A DNA stretch of 50,745 nt from Chitinophagales bacterium (GCA_028278085.1 JANQFB010000325.1:1-50745); one strand, 5' to 3'; positions 19,583 through 28,485 are shown, numbered from the stretch's first letter. The notes: generated by a model not told the origin, from the sequence alone. Translations and numbers: made by a program.

Positions 19583-20782
19583 ATGAATATTCGAGGATCT
19601 TCATCAACAATTTTATTGCACCATTCTTTAATAGCTGCTATCGGCTTATTGCTCCTACTCCCGAATACCGCTGAGGCACAAACCGTTATCTGGGCAGAAG
19701 ATTTTGCCTGGTATTCCGATGGAACCAACAAGGGCTTTAATGGAAGATGGACCAGCACCTGCGGAGGATGTTTGGATCCCGGAGACTGGTTCGATGTCAG
19801 ATCAGGCATGATCCAGGCTGCAGACGTCAATGACTGGTCGGTCTGGGAATCGGAAGTCATTGATATATCCGCATGGACAACGGTGGATTTTCAACTGGAT
19901 GCCATTGAATGGGGCGATATAGAAGGGCCTGATCTTTGTGCTTCCTGTGGTAAGGATATCGACTATTTCGATGTTTATTACAGCGTTGATGGAGGACCCT
20001 ATCAAATGATCGTCAATTGGAATGGTAATGGCTGGGTCGGTGGCTCGTATGGAAATCATACCCTGACCGGCGACCGGTATGCCGGATCGATTGCTACTGG
20101 CGATTGGACTACCACCACTATTTCTCAAAGCGGCCTCGCCGGAAAAACCTTACAGATCAAGGTCGAGATCCGTAATTCCGAAAGTGTCGAATTGATAAAT
20201 CTGGATAATGTTATTGTTCAGGGGAATATCATCCTCCCGATCGAACTGATCTCCTTTACCGGCGAACCCATGGACCAGGGGACAAAAATAAGCTGGACCA
20301 CGGGATCGAATATCGATATCGATTATTATGTGCTGGAAAAAAGTGAGACCGGGCAGGACTTCCGGGAGATCCACCGCGTTTATGTAGCAGGGGATTCACA
20401 CGATACCCAAGCATTCCGGTATGATGATCCGGCGCCGATCAAGGGAGATGCTTATTATCGTTTGCATTGGGTGGAACATCATGGAAACATCGAATATGGC
20501 CCTACCATCCTGGTTAAAGGGAAACCTGCTGCTGACCTGTTGGTCTATCCAAACCTTGCCCGTAACGATATCACCGTTGATCTGCCGGAAGGCTGGTCAA
20601 ATGAGCTTACCCACCTGCGTATTTTCAATATCCAGGGTGCTTTACAATATGCTGGGGCAAAATCACCGGGTATAAATGGCAAAAGGGTTTCACTCGACAT
20701 TTCAGATCTTGCTGCCGGCCATTACCTCTTGCTTGCCGAAAACCACGGACAAGTGATGACCAGTATGATTGTTAAGCAATAG
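19583..20782 (+). CDS. Secreted protein with T9SS C-terminal sorting domain (likely ATG 19583)
   Basis: Signal peptide ending TAEAQ; LPIELISF Ig-like module; VYPN...DISDLAAGHYLL CTD. Confidence 0.8.
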   Translation: MNIRGSSSTILLHHSLIAAIGLLLLLPNTAEAQTVIWAEDFAWYSDGTNKGFNGRWTSTCGGCLDPGDWFDVRSGMIQAADVNDWSVWESEVIDISAWTTVDFQLDAIEWGDIEGPDLCASCGKDIDYFDVYYSVDGGPYQMIVNWNGNGWVGGSYGNHTLTGDRYAGSIATGDWTTTTISQSGLAGKTLQIKVEIRNSESVELINLDNVIVQGNIILPIELISFTGEPMDQGTKISWTTGSNIDIDYYVLEKSETGQDFREIHRVYVAGDSHDTQAFRYDDPAPIKGDAYYRLHWVEHHGNIEYGPTILVKGKPAADLLVYPNLARNDITVDLPEGWSNELTHLRIFNIQGALQYAGAKSPGINGKRVSLDISDLAAGHYLLLAENHGQVMTSMIVKQ

Positions 20783-20917
20783 TCCTTCGACCGGTATCAA
20801 TTTTCGTTATCATAGCTAAGGGAATATACTGCCAACTCGTCCAAGTGTATACAAGCAGAAACCATACTTATCGGAACAAAGAGTCTGTGAACATGTGTTC
20901 CTGCAAGGTTTGTTCAT

Positions 20918-21310
20918 TTACCCGGCAGTAGCTTTTCCCATTTTCCGCAACAGCCACCAATGGCTACCAAAGAGTATAACACAGATCCCGATTATCAGGC
21001 AACTCACGATAATAGTCCGGTATGATCGGTGTTGCACGGATCTGATCTTGTCAGCTTTAGCGGCATCGTACATGACGAGTAAAGCCTCATCATCCGGGAT
21101 ATAGGCCTGATCCTTTTGAGAGGATTTAAGCGCATCCATTTTAAAATTCTCAAAGGAGGTCAGTTTCAACTCATAGGACCCCGAATGTAAAGGGTTGCTG
21201 CGATCAATGACAGCCGATACAAGGCTTGAAGTCGATATGATAACGGTAATGACGGTGACGATGCAGATAATAACGGCATAGACCTGGATGATCTTTTGTC
21301 TTTTTTCCAT
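20918..21310 (-). CDS. Small hypothetical membrane protein (2 TM)
   Basis: Two hydrophobic helices flanking a soluble loop; C-terminal LFGSHWWLLRK. Confidence 0.7.
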   Translation of the reverse strand: MEKRQKIIQVYAVIICIVTVITVIISTSSLVSAVIDRSNPLHSGSYELKLTSFENFKMDALKSSQKDQAYIPDDEALLVMYDAAKADKIRSVQHRSYRTIIVSCLIIGICVILFGSHWWLLRKMGKATAG

Positions 21311-21360
21311 GTTGTTGGTTTTAGAAGGAGGCTGTCTTCAAAAGGTTGTTAATAGTTCAC

Positions 21361-21480
21361 TTGATAAAAATTTGACACCAACCTGCCCGCCGTACATATG
21401 TACTATGGCAGGCGGGTATTCCCTTCCTATGGAAGGGTGTAGGGATGGGTTAATTAACACATCCGTCAAATTTTTGTCAA
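21361..21480. repeat. 120-bp segment bounded by 16-bp inverted repeats and containing two internal hairpins
   Basis: TTGATAAAAATTTGAC (21361-21376) vs GTCAAATTTTTGTCAA (21465-21480), 15/16 complementary; internal ACCTGCCCGCCGTA/TATGGCAGGCGGGT (21381-21417) and CCCTTCC-TAT-GGAAGGG (21421-21437). Confidence 0.55.
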
Positions 21481-21657
21481 TTTTCTTTTTTAGCAGTCTC
21501 AAATGGTTAATCAATCAATTATCAGGGTCCAAACTTAACCGCCAGGGGTCGTTTATGCAATCCAGTTTTTAAAAATTACGGACTTTAAAAAATCCAATAT
21601 TTCGTATCTTTATGAGTAAATACAATTATTTAGGTCAATAATTACGGATTTTTAAAA

Positions 21658-23175
21658 ATGGATCATTTAGTTCAGGTTATTCATAGTTTGTCTCCCGATG
21701 ATCAAAAAGCATTTCCGGGTTTCATTAACCGTCTGAGGAAAAAAAACAATCGCAAAGACCTTGAATTGTATCATTTGGTATTGCAACATGATTCGGAAAA
21801 TGCGAACCCTATTGTAGAGCACCTTTATAAAAGATCCCCGAACAAAGCACAGAAAGAAGCCTATTATGCCAACCGGAAAAGGTTGTTACGCCACCTGAGT
21901 GATTTCATCATTATCCGCAGCCAAACCACTGATCCCAGCAAAGCAGCCTCTATCCTGGGAAAGATCAACCTGGCCAGGTATTTATTTGAAAACGATGATC
22001 CCGGCCTGGGTTGGAAATACCTAATAGAAGCAGAAGACCAGGCGATAAACGGTGAGCATTATGACCTGTTGAATTCCATTTACAACTTGCAGATCGAAAA
22101 TTACAGCCCCAAGTGCAGGCAGGAACTAACCGTGATCATCGACAAACGGATGCGCAACAAACAGATGGAGGATGCGTTGGAACGGGCCAATATTGCTTGT
22201 GCGGTAGTCAAACAGCAGCTTGAGAAATATCGCCTGCAACCGACACCCATCGACTTTGAAAAGCTGGTCAAAGAGATCCTGCAAACCTACGCCTTGGATG
22301 AACTGGTGTCCACCCGCCCGCGACTGCTTTATAAGATCATTTCCATCAGCCGTTCAGCTATTTTGGCTAAAAAAGATTTTTATGCCTTTGAGCCCTACCT
22401 GATCAGCCAATATAAAATGCTGGCCAATAATGGCTTTAACCCCAGTCAGCGGGAAACCCAACTAGGATTCCTATACATGATCGCACACACCCTTTACCGA
22501 AACCGGAAATTTGAGGAAAGCAGCCGCTACCTGGCAGAACTGCAGGCGCTTTTATTGATGGCTTCCAAGGGGCAGCAAGCCCGGTATTATCCCCGCTATA
22601 TCCAGTTGCTGGCTGCCAACAAGGTTTTCGGAGGGGCTTTACCGGAAGGGATCCGGTTGCTGACCGATGCCCTGGCTGATCCTAAAATTAAGTTGTCTCA
22701 CCAGGATCGATTGAATATGCTGGTCAACCTGGGCGTTTACCATTTTCAGCAGGATGACCTGGATTTGGTTCACCAATGCTTTTTGGAGATTAACCATTCC
22801 GACGGTTGGTGTACCAAGATCATGGGAAGCGAATGGGTGCTCAAAAAGAATTTCATGGAAGTCATGCTGTATTTCGATCTGGAGTTGACCGACCTGGCCG
22901 AAAGTCGTATACGGTCCATCGAGCGCAAATTCAAACCCCTTTTCGATTCCCCCAACTACGGCAAAGCAGCCACCTTTCTGCGGCTACTCAAACAAGTGAT
23001 CCAGGATCCCAACCAACTAAAAGACCCTGGGTTTCAAAACCGTGTGGATACCTCTTTCGAATGGTTACCCCTGGAACAGGAAGATCTGCAGGAGATGGCC
23101 TTTTATGCCTGGCTAAAATCAAAAATGCAACAACGGCCCTACCGGGAAGTATTGTTGGAGTTGGCGAAGGGGTGA
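21658..23175 (+). CDS. Conserved hypothetical alpha-helical protein (basic N-terminal helical domain + TPR-like C-terminus)
   Basis: 505-aa ORF, all-helical pattern; no signal peptide or TM. Confidence 0.75.
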   Translation: MDHLVQVIHSLSPDDQKAFPGFINRLRKKNNRKDLELYHLVLQHDSENANPIVEHLYKRSPNKAQKEAYYANRKRLLRHLSDFIIIRSQTTDPSKAASILGKINLARYLFENDDPGLGWKYLIEAEDQAINGEHYDLLNSIYNLQIENYSPKCRQELTVIIDKRMRNKQMEDALERANIACAVVKQQLEKYRLQPTPIDFEKLVKEILQTYALDELVSTRPRLLYKIISISRSAILAKKDFYAFEPYLISQYKMLANNGFNPSQRETQLGFLYMIAHTLYRNRKFEESSRYLAELQALLLMASKGQQARYYPRYIQLLAANKVFGGALPEGIRLLTDALADPKIKLSHQDRLNMLVNLGVYHFQQDDLDLVHQCFLEINHSDGWCTKIMGSEWVLKKNFMEVMLYFDLELTDLAESRIRSIERKFKPLFDSPNYGKAATFLRLLKQVIQDPNQLKDPGFQNRVDTSFEWLPLEQEDLQEMAFYAWLKSKMQQRPYREVLLELAKG

Positions 23176-23205
23176 ATGGAAGTCAGGTACCTGCACGGTC
23201 TGGCG

Positions 23206-25362
23206 CTATACCCGCACTCCAAAAATGCAGATATCGTCAAGCTGCTCCAAACCTCCTCTCCACTTTTCGAAAATGTCGTTCAGCATGATCAGTTGGTCAT
23301 TCATTGGAGAATTTTGAACGGAAAGTAATGATTCTCTAAATCGCTTTGCCGTGTATTTTTTATTGTTGGGCCCACCAAACTGGTCCATAAAACCATCACT
23401 GAAGAGATACAGGGAATCACCCTGCTCAATTGGGACTTCAATGGTATCAAATGGTATTTCTTCCAGGTAAATGCCAATAGGTTGCCGATTGGCTTTCGTT
23501 TCAAACAATTCCCCGTTCCTGATTAAATAAAGTGGATTATAAGCGCCCGAGAATTGAAGTTCGTTCGTTTTTCTATCCCAAACACATAAGGCAATGTCCA
23601 TTCCATCCTTCACTCCCGTTTCGGATGGCTTGCCCGCCGAAACTTCTGTGGAGGAGGGCAATGCCTTGGTCCTTTCATCCGTTCCGGCGGCATGACCCAG
23701 ATCCTTTTTAATGGAATCTCTTAATTGGTTCAGGATCTCACCTGACTTTGTAATCCCCTTCTCGATCACAATTTCATTAAGCAAGCTGGATCCGATCATA
23801 GACATAAATGCCCCCGGTACACCATGACCGGTACAATCCGCCGTTGCCCAAATCACCTTATTGTCGGTAGTTTCATGCAGCCAGTAGAAGTCTCCGCTGA
23901 CAACATCTTTTGGTCTGAACAACACAAAATAATTATCACCTGAACTATTGCTTCCGAATGTCCTGTGCAAATCTTCATTAGAAGGTAAAATGGCCTCTTG
24001 GATCTTTTGGGCATACTTGATACTATCTGTGATATTGCGGTTCTTTTCATCCACTATTTCCTTTTGAGCAGTGATCACTTTCTTTTGCTGTTGGGTAACC
24101 CTGTAACGGCTGAATAAGAATATGGAAAAGATGATCACCAACGCCAATCCTGCTCCAACAGACCAAATGGCTAATCGTTGCCGCTTTACCTTTTCCTTAT
24201 TCGCTAATTCTTGTTTGTCTTTCTCCGCTTGCAGCAGGCTTTCTTTTTTATCGAATTCATATTTCATTTGCTGGGTAATGGTGGCTTTTTGTGTTTTTTC
24301 ATTGATAATGCTGTCACGCATTTGGATGTGTAATCGATACATTTCAAATGCACTTTGATAATCCCGCTCCCGGTTTGCAATGCTGTTCATCAATTTAGCC
24401 GCATCTCTTATACTCTCCGGGAAATTGGTTTCAAAACTTAAAGTCAGTGCTTCTTTCCCCGATTTTTTAGCCGCTTCAACCTTCCCAAGCGCCAGTTGTA
24501 TCGATCCGAGTTTGATGAGACTTTTGGCAATAGCATCTTTATCTTCAATTTTCCTGCTGATCGCTAATGATTGTAGTAAATAGTCGATCGCTTTTGTGGT
24601 ATCCTTTTTCATGGCCATTAACACACCGATATTGGCCAGGAAACTGGATTCGCCATCCAGATCTTCCATTTTTTGGGCTATTCCCATGGCTTTTTGGGTA
24701 TATACCAGCGCTTCATCATATTGTCCCAGATCACGGTATATCGTACCAATATTGTTCAGGGAAATGGCAATACCTTTAGCATCATCAATTTCTTCCCGGA
24801 TCTTGAGGCTTTTTTTATAATAATCCAGGGCAAGCCTGGTATCTCCTTGCCCATCGTGTATGATGCCTAAATTATTCAGCGCTATAGCGACATTTTTGCG
24901 TTCTCCCAATTCTTCCATGGTTTGCAGCGTTTGATGAAAATATTGAATGGCAGAAGCAATATCACCTTGGTTTTTATAAATGATCGCTATATTATTTAAG
25001 CAAATGGCTTTTCCCTTTTTATTGTTGAGTGCTTGCTTTATAACCAGTTCTTTTTTTAAATATTCCAGGGCTAAAACGATATCGCCTTTATTCGTGAATA
25101 AATAACCCAACCACCCATAACATTCGGAGATACCTTCCCGGTAATTCAATTGTTGAGCAATAAGCAAGGCTTGCTCGCAAAATAGAATAGCCGTATCAGG
25201 ATTTGACAAATAATAGCTGTTTGCCTTTTCGATCAGTGACTTTACTGTTGACGTATCCTCTTTTTGAGTGGTGGGGATATCTGGTGGCGTTTGCGCACTG
25301 GCAATCCTAAGGGTGGCCATTAGCCCACACCAAAAAAATGCAATATAGAATGTAATTCTCAC
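23206..25362 (-). CDS. TPR sensor + TM + PP2C/SpoIIE-family phosphatase (paralogue 3)
   Basis: Signal peptide; regular TPRs (AIALNNLGIIH, AISLNNIGTIY); TM; ADCTGHGVPGAFMS, DGMD, SDGFMDQFGG, DDICI. Confidence 0.9.
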   Translation of the reverse strand: MRITFYIAFFWCGLMATLRIASAQTPPDIPTTQKEDTSTVKSLIEKANSYYLSNPDTAILFCEQALLIAQQLNYREGISECYGWLGYLFTNKGDIVLALEYLKKELVIKQALNNKKGKAICLNNIAIIYKNQGDIASAIQYFHQTLQTMEELGERKNVAIALNNLGIIHDGQGDTRLALDYYKKSLKIREEIDDAKGIAISLNNIGTIYRDLGQYDEALVYTQKAMGIAQKMEDLDGESSFLANIGVLMAMKKDTTKAIDYLLQSLAISRKIEDKDAIAKSLIKLGSIQLALGKVEAAKKSGKEALTLSFETNFPESIRDAAKLMNSIANRERDYQSAFEMYRLHIQMRDSIINEKTQKATITQQMKYEFDKKESLLQAEKDKQELANKEKVKRQRLAIWSVGAGLALVIIFSIFLFSRYRVTQQQKKVITAQKEIVDEKNRNITDSIKYAQKIQEAILPSNEDLHRTFGSNSSGDNYFVLFRPKDVVSGDFYWLHETTDNKVIWATADCTGHGVPGAFMSMIGSSLLNEIVIEKGITKSGEILNQLRDSIKKDLGHAAGTDERTKALPSSTEVSAGKPSETGVKDGMDIALCVWDRKTNELQFSGAYNPLYLIRNGELFETKANRQPIGIYLEEIPFDTIEVPIEQGDSLYLFSDGFMDQFGGPNNKKYTAKRFRESLLSVQNSPMNDQLIMLNDIFEKWRGGLEQLDDICIFGVRV
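23603..23659. repeat. Inverted pair of REP-like stem-loop units embedded in frame in PP2C paralogue 3
   Basis: Minus strand CCATCC-GAAAC-GGGA-GTGAA-GGATGG (23603-23628) and plus strand GCCCGCC-GAAAC-TTCT-GTGGA-GGAGGGC (23632-23659). Confidence 0.65.
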
Positions 25363-25508
25363 TGGCCTTTCCGGATCAGATCCACCGTATAGGTTTTGGT
25401 AAATCTTAATAAAAGTCCGGATTTTTCCAAATTTATCCTATTACTGCCAGTACTGCTAAAGCAATCGGTCCACCTGCCTGACAAATCAGGAAACCCCGGG
25501 CTCGCCCG

Positions 25509-25716
25509 GAAGTGAAAAAGAAAAATGCGTAAAATGGCCTCCCCAAATATATGCCGCATAAAAACAAAAAGCCCTTTCTGGATCGACAAGGCTTTTTCTA
25601 CTTTTATGCAGGGCTTGTCCTGAAGTGAAAAAGAAAAATGCGTAAAATGGCCACTCCAAATATATACCGCATAAAAATAAAAAGCCTTGACTTTTACGAC
25701 AAGGCTTTTTCTACTT
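25509..25716. repeat. Two imperfect direct copies of a ~95-bp unit (period 113 bp) just outside the left att site
   Basis: GAAGTGAAAAAGAAAAATGCGTAAAATGGCC...CGACAAGGCTTTTTCTACTT starts at 25509 and at 25622. Confidence 0.9.
25679..25710. terminator. Bidirectional terminator-like hairpin, probably the original tRNA-Glu terminator displaced by the integration
   Basis: AAAAAGCCTTG-N10-CAAGGCTTTTT perfect 11-bp inverted repeat, about 10 bp beyond the duplicated tRNA 3' end. Confidence 0.65.
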
Positions 25717-25720
25717 CAGG

Positions 25721-25743
25721 GCAGCCCCTAGGAGAATCGAACT
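25721..25743. repeat. Left att core (duplicate of tRNA-Glu 3' end)
   Basis: GCAGCCCCTAGGAGAATCGAACT, identical to 32029-32051. Confidence 0.95.
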
Positions 25744-25854
25744 ATCATTATTCACCATTATCAATTCATATCAAAAATGCAGGATAATCGCTTGTTATAG
25801 CTTAATTTAGGAATTAAGAGTAATAAAGAGAAATAAGATTTGATCAATAAAAAG

Positions 25855-25873
25855 TGTCCCCTATACTGTCCCC
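25855..25873 (+). promoter_or_regulatory. Putative integrase arm-type binding sites (left)
   Basis: TGTCCCC twice with 12-bp period, preceded by AAAG; same arrangement at 31954-31972. Confidence 0.65.
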
Positions 25874-25932
25874 TGGTTAAAATTTTGTTTATCTTTATTG
25901 TACCTCATTGATAACCTTTAATTCATACAGTT

Positions 25933-27189
25933 ATGGCAAAAACAAGATTCTTCCTTAAAGACCCAAAAGGGGACAAACCTACATTAGTTTACCTTTTCTT
26001 TAGCTTCAACAGCAATAGGTTGAAATATTCTACCGGGGAAATGATACACCCTAAGTACTGGAATAATGACAAGGCAGTGGAACGTGCAATTAATAGCAAA
26101 AAGTTTCCTGAATACCCGGAATTTAATCAAGCGTTGAATGATATTGAAACCCTTGTAAATAACATCCACCGGAGATTAAAAAATGATGGACACATTCCAA
26201 CGGTTGAAATGATCCGGGATGAACTGGATAAAAATTTGGGGAGGGTTAAAGTTGGTACTAATAAATCGTTTTTGGGTTACCTGGATGAATATATTGAAAT
26301 TACAAAAGTCAAAAAACGAGCTAACACAATTAAAAAGTTTAACGCCCTAAAAACCCATCTTGTTGATTTTCAAAAGATCAAACGGTTTAAACTATCCTTT
26401 GGGAAAATAGATATGTCATTCTTTGAGAAGTTTGAAAATTATTTAATGACCGAGACAGAAGATAAACCATCATTAGTTGATAACAGTATAGGTAAATATA
26501 TTGCAGCGTTAAAGGCGTTTCTCAACTGGACAGTTGAACGTGAATTAAATGCAAATTTGAAGTTTCAAAAGTTTCCAGTTTACCGTAGGGAGGCCGATAT
26601 TATTTATTTAACCGAATTGGAACTGATGAAGCTGTATGAGTTTGACCTTTCCCAAAAGAAACACTTAGAGCGAATACGTGATGCGTTTTGTTTTGGTTGT
26701 TTTACTGGTCTTCGATATAGCGACTATGCACAGATAACCTCCAAAGATATAAAGGAAGATAGTATTAAAATCCGGTCCGTCAAGACTAAGGATTTTCTCA
26801 ACGTTCCTTTGAATGATTATGCTATCGAGATACTTGAAAAATACAACTATCAATTGCCAGTAGTTGCCAACCAACCAATGAACCGGGCAGTAAAAGAGAT
26901 AGGAGAGATGGCCGGAATAGATACCCCCGTTATAATTACCAAGTTACAAGGCGGTAAAACAATTGAAACCCAAGGCCCAAAGTATGAGTTATTGAGTACC
27001 CATTGTGGACGTAGAACCTTTGTTACTTTATCACTGGAAAAAGGTATGAGGCCCGAAACTGTTATGAGTATAACAGGCCATAAGGACTATCAAACTTTTA
27101 AAAAATATGTAAAGATCACTGACAAGGTTAAAAAGGTCGAAATGAATCGAGTTTGGAAAAAACCTGAAACAGCATTAAAGGCTGTCTAA
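25933..27189 (+). CDS. Tyrosine recombinase/integrase with N-terminal arm-DNA-binding domain
   Basis: N-terminal RLKYSTG..IHPKYWN arm-binding motif; catalytic residues FTGLRYSD (R), KT (K), HCGRRT (HxxR), TGH and KKY all present. Confidence 0.95.
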   Translation: MAKTRFFLKDPKGDKPTLVYLFFSFNSNRLKYSTGEMIHPKYWNNDKAVERAINSKKFPEYPEFNQALNDIETLVNNIHRRLKNDGHIPTVEMIRDELDKNLGRVKVGTNKSFLGYLDEYIEITKVKKRANTIKKFNALKTHLVDFQKIKRFKLSFGKIDMSFFEKFENYLMTETEDKPSLVDNSIGKYIAALKAFLNWTVERELNANLKFQKFPVYRREADIIYLTELELMKLYEFDLSQKKHLERIRDAFCFGCFTGLRYSDYAQITSKDIKEDSIKIRSVKTKDFLNVPLNDYAIEILEKYNYQLPVVANQPMNRAVKEIGEMAGIDTPVIITKLQGGKTIETQGPKYELLSTHCGRRTFVTLSLEKGMRPETVMSITGHKDYQTFKKYVKITDKVKKVEMNRVWKKPETALKAV

Positions 27190-27195
27190 AATACC

Positions 27196-27223
27196 GGGGG
27201 TAGCCGATTAGCTACCCCCTTTT
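27196..27223 (+). terminator. Intrinsic terminator after the integrase
   Basis: GGGGGTAGC-CGATTA-GCTACCCCC-TTTT, perfect 9-bp stem. Confidence 0.75.
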
Positions 27224-27250
27224 CATTTCTCTCATTGATACCCCGAAATC

Positions 27251-28012
27251 ATGGCAAAGAATTACACATTAGAAGATGTTAGCAAAATGTTGCACGAGGC
27301 CCAATTAGAAGCCCAAAAAGAATTTGAACATTGGAATAAATCGGAGTTGCCTAAATTGATCCGGGGATTATTTGTCGAAAAGGAAATTGAAAAATTAAAA
27401 GAGCTAAATAATGATTGCCTTTTACATTTAAACGAATTTCTAGCGAAAAATCCAATATTCGAGACTCTCACCCCGGATAATGTTAATAATGAAATTCTGA
27501 ACCTTGTAAATATGTCAGATAATTTCATCCCATTTAAACCATGTAAGGTTATTACATGCAATGAAGAAAACACAAACTTTGAAAGGTGCAAGAAACTTTA
27601 CTTATTGAATACCTATTACAGTCTCTTGTTGGACTATTCAAAAGACCGGATAAATGAGTTAGCAGGGGGTGAGCCGAAAATCGAACCATTAGAAAACCCA
27701 ATAGACCTGAATACGATTCCCGGACGTGTTATGCTGTTTGAGTATTTGGGATTGATAGACTTCTTAACAGAAAAATATGAGATCACCTTTCAAAGTACTA
27801 CCATGTCAAAAACTTTAGGGTATCTCATGCAGGAAAACCCGGACAGTATAAGGCCATATCTTTCAAGTCTTCGCGTGTTCCAAAAAGGTAAAAATAACCC
27901 CAAAAATTCTAAATCGCTAACCCAAGTTATTAAGACTTTGGAAGACTTGAAATTGAAACCTGACCTTGTGCCAAAGGTCCAAAACGACCTCAAAAAAATA
28001 ACATCCGAATAA
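27251..28012 (+). CDS. Hypothetical element protein, possible C-terminal HTH (candidate activator of xis-rep)
   Basis: 253-aa ORF between int and xis; QSTTMSKTLGYLMQENPDSIRPYLSSL looks HTH-like (inference). Confidence 0.7.
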   Translation: MAKNYTLEDVSKMLHEAQLEAQKEFEHWNKSELPKLIRGLFVEKEIEKLKELNNDCLLHLNEFLAKNPIFETLTPDNVNNEILNLVNMSDNFIPFKPCKVITCNEENTNFERCKKLYLLNTYYSLLLDYSKDRINELAGGEPKIEPLENPIDLNTIPGRVMLFEYLGLIDFLTEKYEITFQSTTMSKTLGYLMQENPDSIRPYLSSLRVFQKGKNNPKNSKSLTQVIKTLEDLKLKPDLVPKVQNDLKKITSE

Positions 28013-28100
28013 AAAGAATAAAACTTGTGGGAACCCTCAATAAATCCTACAAAATTCCTACCTCAATTTTGGCAAAGAACAATCAAAAAATCTTTGCCTT

Positions 28101-28403
28101 ATGCAACAACAAATACTTATTACTATTCCCATCGACCAATTCGAGACAAGACAAAAAGAATTAATTAGAGAGGTACTGGCTGAACAACCAACACCTGAAC
28201 CCACTTCCCCAGAGTCCCCCGATTACCTCACCCGCAAAGAGACAGCCAAACTATTAAGAATCTCACTCCCTACCTTACACGAATGGACTAAGTCAGGGGA
28301 TTTGAAATCTTATCGTATTGCCGGGAAGATTCGGTACAAGACAGCCGAAATTGAAGCTGCATTTAAACAGGTAGATGTATTGAAATACAAAAGGAAAGTA
28401 TAA
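28101..28403 (+). CDS. Excisionase-like helix-turn-helix protein (HTH_17/MerR-like)
   Basis: YLTRKETAKLLRISLPTLHEWTKSGDLKSYRIAGKIRYK is a canonical Xis-type wHTH. Confidence 0.9.
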   Translation: MQQQILITIPIDQFETRQKELIREVLAEQPTPEPTSPESPDYLTRKETAKLLRISLPTLHEWTKSGDLKSYRIAGKIRYKTAEIEAAFKQVDVLKYKRKV

Positions 28404-28416
28404 TGCGGACCATCAT

Positions 28417-28485
28417 AAAAAAGGGCAACTTTTTACGGCTGCCCTACCTCATTGATTAACCGCAGTTATGACAACTACAGAAATC
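28417..28485 (-). ncRNA. Predicted ~70-nt antisense (counter-transcribed) RNA over the rep leader
   Basis: Minus-strand Bacteroidota promoter TTTG(28520-28517)-N19-TACCTTTG(28497-28490) and minus-strand terminator AGGGCAGC-N8-GTTGCCCT-TTTTT (28445-28417). The 5' end is approximate. Confidence 0.55.

Noticed and set aside
25509-25716. CRISPR array
   Set aside because: Only two ~95-bp imperfect copies, no 25-45-bp repeat/spacer periodicity and no cas genes.
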